A DNA stretch of 64,000 nucleotides, from positions 46,955-110,954 of the forward strand of contig SVLW01000002.1 of the NCBI GenBank assembly GCA_015067705.1, given 5' to 3'. Source of the stretch: Oscillospiraceae bacterium. Lineage in GTDB: Bacteria; Bacillota; Clostridia; Oscillospirales; QAMX01. The notes beneath the pieces are model-generated. The model worked only from the letters and a program-made list of their open reading frames with translations. It made no database searches and was not told the origin of the DNA. Positions 58,454 through 64,000 of the stretch are shown here, in pieces (position 1 is the first letter of the stretch; every line of letters begins with the position of its first letter). A program made the position numbers and the translations under genes.

Positions 58454-60259
58454 TTATTTTTTGGTCAAACGCTCCACCAGCGCCTGGTCGGGCTGGACAA
58501 TCAGCGTTTGGTATTCCTGATAGAAGACCATGCCGGTTTTTCCTTCCGGCTGGCGGCGCACATGACGCGCCTTGGTATAGTCCACGACGACCGTACCGTT
58601 GTCCCGGGCGGCGCTGTGATAGGCCGCGATGATGGCGGCCTCCTCCAGGGTGCGGTCGTCCGGCACGGCATTGCCGCACTGGATCAGCACATGGGAGCCC
58701 GGCACCTTCTGGGCGTGGAGCCAGATGTCGCTCTTCCCCGCGATCTTCAGGGAGATCTGCTCATTCTGGCGGTTATTGCGTCCGGCCAGAATGGGATAGC
58801 CGGAGGAAGAGACGAATTCCATGGGTTTCAAGGTCGGCAGTTTCTGCCGCTTGCCGCCCTTGCCCTTCGGCTGTCCCCAGCGCTGGGAGGCATAGCCGTT
58901 TTCGGAGAGCTCTGCCTTGATCTCGGTAAGCTCCCGCTCGCTGACGGCGCGGGTCAGCTCGTCCGCCACGCTGTCGAGATAGATCAGTTCCCGCTCGCCC
59001 CGGGCGATGAGTTCGTGGAGCATGGCCTCGGCGTTCTTCGCCCGGCGATACTGCTTATAATACCGCTGGGCGTTATCCTGGGGCGAAAGCTGGGGATCCA
59101 GTTTCACTTCCACCATGGGATACTGGCCGTTCTCGTCCGGCATGGCCTCATAATCCGGCAGCGCCGCCTTGCTCATGCCCCGCTCTAAAAGATAGAGGGA
59201 GGAGGTGATGAGGTCGCCCGCCCGCCGGAATTCCTCCCTGCCCTGGGACTGCGAAAGTTCCCGCCGCTGGGCCTCCAGCTTCTGCACCAGACGGCTACGG
59301 GCGCCCTTGACGGACTTCCGCACCGCGGCGGTGCGCTGCTGCATATGGCCGATGGCCTCCCGCACGGAGTAAAACTCGTCTAAGAGGGCGCAATAGCTCT
59401 CCGCCGGGACAAGCTCCCGCAGGCTGCCGTACTGGGCAATGGGAAGATAGGAGAAGTCCGCCGGCTTGCGGATGTGGCGGCCTTCCGTATCTACGCGGGT
59501 TTCATAAAGAAGATAGGGCGCGGTGTCGCCCCGGCGGATGCGCTCCGCCATTTCCGCGATGACGCGGCTGAGGGCCTCCCGCTCCGGCAGTTCCCGGATC
59601 CTGGCGCCGCTGTCGCCGCAGGCCAGATGCGCAGCCTCTCGACAGGTGATGGGGGAGAGCCACGCAAAGTGATCGAGCAGATACTTCTCAATGACGGCGT
59701 CCTCCGGTGCTTCCCGGATCCGGTCGAAAATCACTTCATCGCTGCTCTCGTCCAGGGAAAGCTTCCCCTGCAGCGTGGGATAGCGGTAGAAAAGCCCCGG
59801 CATCACCTGGCGCGAGGGACTCATGGAGGCATCCACCCGCTTCAGGCATTCCATAATGCGGCCTTCGTCGTCCACCAGAATGATGTTGGAGTATCGTCCC
59901 ATCAGCTCCGCAATCAAACGGCGATGGGAGGGATAGCCAAACTCGTCGGTACAGTCCAGATGCAGCTCCGCAATGCGGTCGCCGCCGGGCTGGCGCACCT
60001 CGGTGATCAGGGCGCCGGTTAAGTATTTCCGCAGGAACATACAGAACATGGGCGCCTGCTGGGGATTTTCCCGGGGCGCATCGGTGTACTGCAGACGCGG
60101 TGCCGAGGCGTTGGCGCTCAGCAGCAGACGATGGGAGCCCGTGGGGCCGTAGAGGGTGAAGAAGATCTCATCCCGCTCCGGCTGGTTGATTTTATTGATG
60201 CGCGAGCCCGGCAGGCGCATTTCCCGCAAAAGCTCGCCTAAAAATACAGTATCAAGCAT
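58454..60259 (-). CDS. rqcH: Ribosome quality control factor RqcH (NFACT / fibronectin-binding protein A family)
   Basis: 601 aa. NFACT-N N-terminus (...RINKINQPERDEIFFTLYG), coiled-coil middle region, and a C-terminal NFACT-R-like segment (IWLHAQKVPGSHVLI). Confidence 0.85.
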   Translation of the reverse strand: MLDTVFLGELLREMRLPGSRINKINQPERDEIFFTLYGPTGSHRLLLSANASAPRLQYTDAPRENPQQAPMFCMFLRKYLTGALITEVRQPGGDRIAELHLDCTDEFGYPSHRRLIAELMGRYSNIILVDDEGRIMECLKRVDASMSPSRQVMPGLFYRYPTLQGKLSLDESSDEVIFDRIREAPEDAVIEKYLLDHFAWLSPITCREAAHLACGDSGARIRELPEREALSRVIAEMAERIRRGDTAPYLLYETRVDTEGRHIRKPADFSYLPIAQYGSLRELVPAESYCALLDEFYSVREAIGHMQQRTAAVRKSVKGARSRLVQKLEAQRRELSQSQGREEFRRAGDLITSSLYLLERGMSKAALPDYEAMPDENGQYPMVEVKLDPQLSPQDNAQRYYKQYRRAKNAEAMLHELIARGERELIYLDSVADELTRAVSERELTEIKAELSENGYASQRWGQPKGKGGKRQKLPTLKPMEFVSSSGYPILAGRNNRQNEQISLKIAGKSDIWLHAQKVPGSHVLIQCGNAVPDDRTLEEAAIIAAYHSAARDNGTVVVDYTKARHVRRQPEGKTGMVFYQEYQTLIVQPDQALVERLTKK

Positions 60260-60272
60260 AAGTTACGATCAA

Positions 60273-61055
60273 TCAAAAGGTGAGATAGTTCATGGGATCG
60301 TCGTGACCGGAGCGCAGGAGCACAAGCGCCGGCAGGCGGCGTCCTATCAGCTCTTCCAGACGATCCAGCACCGGGTTCTCCGTGTGGAAATGCCCGGCGT
60401 CCACAATGGTCAGTCCCGCATACGCCATCTCAAGCGATACCGGATACTTGACCTCCGCAGTCACATAGGCGTCACAGCCCGCCCGCAGCACATGTCCGCA
60501 GTCGGCAGAGTTGCCGCCCGCACCGCCACAGACCGCCACCGTGCGGATCGGCCGATTTCCCGGGAGATAGCGCACGCCCTTACAGTGAAGCGCACGTCCC
60601 ACATGTGCGGCAAAGTCCGCCGCGCTCATTGCCTGCGGCAGCACGCCCCGGCGCAGGATGCCCTGTCCGCCGTCGTCTAAAAGCGTCACATCCCGAAGAC
60701 CCAGCGCTTCCGCCAGCGTGTCATTCACGCCGCCTGCGGCAGCATCCAGATTGGTGTGCATACAAATGGCGGCAATGCCGTGCCGCAAAAGCGTCATCAC
60801 GGCCGCGCCGTTATAATCGGCGGGGGTGACGGAATAAAGCGGGGAGAAAATCACGGGATGATGGGCCACGATGAGCTCCGCACCCGCCTCCGCCGCGGCC
60901 TTTGCCACGTCCGGCGTGATGTCCAGCGTCAGCATCACCCGGGAGACCTCTGCCTCCGGGTCGCCCACTAAGAGTCCCACGTTATCGCCCTGCATCTTGA
61001 GAAACGAGGGGGCAAATCCCTCGATGAGTTCCAGAATCTCAGATACCTTTGGCAT
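60273..61055 (-). CDS. Nif3-like dinuclear metal centre protein (GTP cyclohydrolase 1 type 2 family)
   Basis: About 260 aa from MPKVSEILELIEGFAPSFL...DNVGLLVGD. Overlaps the trmK 3' end by 17 nt, the conserved trmK-nif3 pairing. Confidence 0.88.
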   Translation of the reverse strand: MPKVSEILELIEGFAPSFLKMQGDNVGLLVGDPEAEVSRVMLTLDITPDVAKAAAEAGAELIVAHHPVIFSPLYSVTPADYNGAAVMTLLRHGIAAICMHTNLDAAAGGVNDTLAEALGLRDVTLLDDGGQGILRRGVLPQAMSAADFAAHVGRALHCKGVRYLPGNRPIRTVAVCGGAGGNSADCGHVLRAGCDAYVTAEVKYPVSLEMAYAGLTIVDAGHFHTENPVLDRLEELIGRRLPALVLLRSGHDDPMNYLTF

Positions 61056-61737
61056 TTTGTGCCTCCAATTCCCGCATCCGGGATAAGAGCGCTTCGGCGT
61101 CCCGGTATGCCGCGCTGTCCACCGCCATGCCCTGCATCTCCCGCTCCAGAGAGCGGCGGGCCCGCAGGAAATATCGTCCCGCGGCCTCATCCCGCTGCAG
61201 GGAGAGGGGATAGCTTATCCGGGCATAGAGGGGATCTGCGCCATGAGGGTCCTCGCCGCCTGTGACCTTCAGCACGGTATACACCCGGCTGCCGTCGATC
61301 ACGGCGATTTCATCCATAATTTTGAAATGATGGGTATATAAGTATTCCCGCAGACGCCGCGCGGCGGTCTCCGGCTGGAGAATCAGGGTATGCGCGCCGT
61401 CCGCCGTCCAGGGGGCAGCGTCCAGAATGGCGGCAATGGTGTCGCCGCCCATGCCGCAGATCACGCCGTGAGTGAAGTCCTCCGGTCGGTATCCGTCAAA
61501 TCCGGCACACTGTAAAAGCCGTACCTTCGTCCCCACGCCCCAGCGTTCCACGTTTTCCCGGGCCCGCCGGATGGGGTCATCCGCAATGTCGGACGCCATC
61601 ACAGAGTCCGCGCGTCCGGTCTTTAGGAGCCAGATGGGCAGGCGGGCGTGATCCGTTCCGATATCCGCCACCCGTGCGCCCTCCGGCAAAAAAACCGCCG
61701 CCGTCAAAAGCCGCGCGCCTAGCGTAAATAGTCTCAT
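61039..61737 (-). CDS. trmK: tRNA (adenine22-N1)-methyltransferase TrmK
   Basis: 232 aa. ADIGTDHARLPIWLLKTG motif. Confidence 0.88.
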   Translation of the reverse strand: MRLFTLGARLLTAAVFLPEGARVADIGTDHARLPIWLLKTGRADSVMASDIADDPIRRARENVERWGVGTKVRLLQCAGFDGYRPEDFTHGVICGMGGDTIAAILDAAPWTADGAHTLILQPETAARRLREYLYTHHFKIMDEIAVIDGSRVYTVLKVTGGEDPHGADPLYARISYPLSLQRDEAAGRYFLRARRSLEREMQGMAVDSAAYRDAEALLSRMRELEAQNAKGI

Positions 61738-61750
61738 AGCCGTTTCCTCA

Positions 61751-61786
61751 CAAGAAAACAGGCGTCATAGTGTCATTCTATGACGC
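61751..61786 (-). terminator. Rho-independent terminator after the DUF1858 gene
   Basis: GGCGTCATAG / CTATGACGCC stem, followed on the minus strand by TGTTTTCTT. Confidence 0.75.
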
Positions 61787-61815
61787 CCGGTCTCTTTCAT
61801 CCTGAGGTGATGTCG

Positions 61816-62022
61816 TTATGCGTTCTTTGCTTCGAAGTGAGCATTCAGCTTTGCAATCAGCTCGTCCACGTCAACGCCGTGAACCATGCAGGCCATTTCG
61901 ATGCTCTCGCCGCGGGAAGACGGGCAGCCAACGCAGTGCATACCGATATCAAAGAAGTACTGTGCAGTTTCCATATCTGCGCGAAGCACGTCAATAATCA
62001 GGGTATTCTTGGTAACAGTCAT
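61816..62022 (-). CDS. DUF1858-type small protein (hybrid-cluster-protein-associated redox disulfide family)
   Basis: 68 aa. ...FFDIGMHCVGCPSSRGESIEMACMVHGVDVDELI. SD GAGGAGG. Confidence 0.75.
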   Translation of the reverse strand: MTVTKNTLIIDVLRADMETAQYFFDIGMHCVGCPSSRGESIEMACMVHGVDVDELIAKLNAHFEAKNA

Positions 62023-62054
62023 GGTGAATTACCTCCTCTTAGGTCTTTGTCTGT

Positions 62055-62083
62055 ATTATAGCCCGAAATTCTGAAAAAATCAA
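62055..62083 (-). promoter_or_regulatory. Sigma-A type promoter for the DUF1858 gene
   Basis: On the minus strand: TTGATT (62083-62078), 17-nt spacer, TATAAT (62060-62055). Confidence 0.65.
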
Positions 62084-62111
62084 GTGCAGAAGCAAAAACA
62101 GGGACGAATGG

Positions 62112-62140
62112 GAAAAAAGAAAGCGCAAAATGCGCGCTTT
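62112..62140 (-). terminator. Putative terminator (minus strand)
   Basis: AAGCGC / GCGCTT hairpin followed on the minus strand by TCTTTTTT. Confidence 0.5.
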
Positions 62141-62251
62141 GCTGGAAATGATCCCGGTGGTCTTCCGAAAAAAGGAAAAGGGATCCCATCCTTCTTAAAA
62201 GCGCAGTCTCGCACCTCGAACGCCCAAATCGCCCGGAGCATTCTTCTAAAC

Positions 62252-62284
62252 CTTGATATAATACTAAATTGGTATTATATCAAG
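62252..62284. repeat. Perfect 13-bp inverted repeat CTTGATATAATAC-N7-GTATTATATCAAG
   Basis: Read directly. It lies 28 nt downstream of the HD gene stop. Confidence 0.7.
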
Positions 62285-62311
62285 ACAAAAGGACATGGAC
62301 CGGACGGAATT

Positions 62312-62902
62312 TCATTCCGATAAATATCCCCGGGCAACGGACGCGTCGATCAACTCCTCCGTCAGCGCCCAGAGTGCGGGGGCGCTTTCGCGGATGGGCG
62401 CCATGCGTCGGCGCACCGCCGCGGCCCGGACGTCGTGGGCCTTCCAGTTGGCGCCTTCATTCAGCCAGTTGGAGAGAAGCGGCTGCAGCCGGTCCATGGC
62501 GGCGGCAAAGCGCGCCTCCGGCGTCGCCCGGGACTCATATTCTTCCCAGAGCGCCCGGAACCGGGGCGTCTGATCCTCCGGCAGCAGGGCATAGAGCCGA
62601 TCCGCCGAGGCGGATTCCCGCAGGTATTTGTCCTGCTTCGCCGCCTCGTCATAGGCAAAGGTATCGCCGGCGTAAATTTCAATCAGGTCGTGGGTGGCGA
62701 GAAGCTCCAGCACATGAGCGATCTCCACGTCCTCCGCCGCGTATTCCCGCAGCACCATGGCCATCACCGTCACGTGCCAGGAATGCTCCGCGTCGTTTTC
62801 CATCCGCCGCCCGGAATAAATGGAGGACTGGCGATACAGTTCTTTCATCTGATCCAGTTCAATGAGAAAGGCCATCTGTGCCCGAAGCCGCTGGTCTGCC
62901 AT
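62312..62902 (-). CDS. HD-domain phosphohydrolase (YfbR-like 5'-nucleotidase family)
   Basis: 196 aa. ENDAEHSWHV...HDLIEIYAGD (H...HD...D metal ligands). Confidence 0.8.
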   Translation of the reverse strand: MADQRLRAQMAFLIELDQMKELYRQSSIYSGRRMENDAEHSWHVTVMAMVLREYAAEDVEIAHVLELLATHDLIEIYAGDTFAYDEAAKQDKYLRESASADRLYALLPEDQTPRFRALWEEYESRATPEARFAAAMDRLQPLLSNWLNEGANWKAHDVRAAAVRRRMAPIRESAPALWALTEELIDASVARGYLSE

Positions 62903-63083
62903 GAAAAATCCCTCTTTTCTGCTGGTGAACGGTACAGGAGTGTGGTATACTGAAAAGGAAAGAAGTCCCGGCCCCGAAATCGCCGGGAATCCCTGATCCC
63001 GCTTCTCAGTTTAGCAGAAAACCGGCGGGAAGTAAAGCTTCCGCCAACGGACGCGGATCAGACAGAATAGGGAGAACAAAAAA

Positions 63084-63860
63084 ATGGCACTGAAAATTTT
63101 GGCGCTGGGCGATGTGTGCGGCAGCGCGGGTCTCGATCATATTTCCCGTAAGCTGTGGGGCCTGCGGCGGCTCTATGGCGCGGACTTTGTGGTGGCAAAC
63201 GGCGAGAACGCCTCCGGCAACGGCATCACGCCGTCCCAGGCGAGAGAACTCTTTGACAGCGGCGTGGATGTGATCACGCTGGGCAATCATGCCCTTCATC
63301 GCCGGGAGATCGTGAGTTTCCTGGATGACGAGCCCCATATTGTGCGCCCGGCCAACTGGCCCGTCGGCGCGCCGGGCATGGGATATACCATATATGACAC
63401 CGGCCGCTTCCGCATCTGCGTGGTGAATCTCATTGGCCGGGTGGATCTGCCCCCGGGGCCCGCGAACCCCTTTGACGTGATCGATCAGATCCTTGAAAAA
63501 CAGAAAGACCGCGCCGACCTCTTCGTGGTGGATTTCCACGCGGAGGCTACCAGCGAGAAAAACGCCATGGCCTATCATCTGGATGGCCGCGCCGCCGTGC
63601 TCTTCGGCACCCACACCCATGTCCAGACCGCGGACGAGCGGGTGTTCCCCAGCGGCCTGGGGTACATCACGGATCTGGGCATGACCGGCGCCGCGGATTC
63701 CGTCATCGGCGTCCAGTGGGAGAAGAGCCTGGCTTTCTTCCGGGGCGATATGCTGGTGCGCTTTGAAGAATCCCGCCGCCGCCCCCGCATCCAGGGCGCC
63801 CTTTTCACCCTGAGCGATCAGGGTAAGTGCGAAAGTGTCGAGCGAATCAGCGTGGAATAA
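63084..63860 (+). CDS. ymdB: YmdB-family metallophosphoesterase (2',3'-cyclic-nucleotide 2'-phosphodiesterase, TIGR00282)
   Basis: 258 aa. LKILALGDVCGSAG, ANGENASGNGIT, DFHAEATSEK and GTHTHVQTADERV motifs. Confidence 0.9.
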   Translation: MALKILALGDVCGSAGLDHISRKLWGLRRLYGADFVVANGENASGNGITPSQARELFDSGVDVITLGNHALHRREIVSFLDDEPHIVRPANWPVGAPGMGYTIYDTGRFRICVVNLIGRVDLPPGPANPFDVIDQILEKQKDRADLFVVDFHAEATSEKNAMAYHLDGRAAVLFGTHTHVQTADERVFPSGLGYITDLGMTGAADSVIGVQWEKSLAFFRGDMLVRFEESRRRPRIQGALFTLSDQGKCESVERISVE

Positions 63861-63867
63861 ACGATAC

Positions 63868-63896
63868 TTGACAGAAAAAGCAAGTCCGTGTAAGAT
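63868..63896 (+). promoter_or_regulatory. Sigma-A type promoter upstream of the tRNA-like sequence
   Basis: TTGACA (63868-63873), 17-nt spacer, TAAGAT (63891-63896). Confidence 0.6.
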
Positions 63897-63927
63897 AAAA
63901 AGGCGGCGAAATTCGCCGCCATCATCT

Positions 63928-63996
63928 GTCTCCGTAGCTCAGCCGGATAGAGCATCCGCCTCCTAAGCGGCAGTTGGTTCAAATCTTTCGGAGCCT
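63928..63996 (+). tRNA. tRNA-Arg(CCT)-like sequence with non-canonical variable/T-arm region (possible pseudo-tRNA; window edge)
   Basis: The 5' two-thirds is canonical: GTCTCCG-TA-GCTC-AGCCGGATA-GAGC-A-TCCGC-CTCCTAA-GCGGC. The rest (AGTTGGTTCAAATCTTTCGGAGCC) is about 5 nt too short and the T stem and acceptor stem pair poorly. Confidence 0.5.
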
Positions 63997-64000
63997 AAAA

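Noticed and set aside
57951-58679. A 242-aa version of the cyclophilin ORF with an 85-aa Arg/Gly/Pro-rich N-terminal extension
   Set aside because: The extension overlaps the 3' end of rqcH and has non-coding character. The conserved cyclophilin domain starts at MVIIEMENGK (ATG 58424). The same reasoning was used to trim N-terminal extensions at 60273-61190, 20080-20784, 17247-18317, 27382-28671, 4812-5696 and 45863-47095.
62084-62865. Plus-strand ORFs 62084-62323 (79 aa) and 62269-62865 (198 aa, Pro/Arg/Ala-rich)
   Set aside because: The larger one is antisense to the HD-domain gene, which carries the H..HD..D motif. The smaller one spans promoter and terminator signals and has no SD. Both are compositional artefacts.

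Overview
This is a GC-rich chromosomal segment with strong third-codon-position G/C bias, which also produces many long antisense shadow ORFs. It comes from a Gram-positive anaerobe. The gene content fits a spore-forming Clostridia / Oscillospiraceae-type gut bacterium: spoIIR, spoVB-like flippase, an SLH surface protein, PFOR, rubredoxin plus flavodiiron protein, and mini-RNase III. I call about 61 protein genes and one tRNA-like sequence at the right edge. I see no rRNA, CRISPR array, transposase, integrase or phage genes.

Most of the window is housekeeping:
- ireB, an NlpC/P60 peptidase, tmcAL, ackA, nifJ (PFOR), an OmpR/HK pair, wecB and prfA
- the Leloir operon galK-galT-galE
- the origin-proximal cluster rpmH-rnpA-yidD-yidC-khpB(jag)-mnmE-mnmG-rsmG
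- mrnC, ppiB, rqcH, the nif3 family gene, trmK and ymdB

Five things are worth a second look:
1. Six tandem signal-peptide-less GH10 xylanase paralogs (39.3-45.7 kb). All keep both catalytic Glu residues, and two have an altered -2 subsite motif.
2. An operon of three tandem cytoplasmic beta-lactamase-fold (family-VIII-esterase-like) serine hydrolases plus a CE1-type esterase (27.5-32.3 kb).
3. An O2/NO-detoxification-type operon (D-2-hydroxyacid dehydrogenase with a Cys-rich tail, a 2x[4Fe-4S] protein, a four-module FDP-flavin reductase-rubredoxin fusion and a free rubredoxin). It sits divergent from a Crp/Fnr regulator, with a perfect 16-bp FNR-like palindrome between them.
4. Small regulatory and repeat oddities: a promoter embedded in a terminator loop, a Shine-Dalgarno sequestered in a terminator arm, a REP-like hairpin, and a dispersed CTGTCCA(CT) motif.
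5. A tRNA-Arg(CCT)-like sequence that does not fold canonically.

Nothing here looks like a defence or mobile system. All functional calls rest on motif-level recognition of the translated ORFs without database searches.
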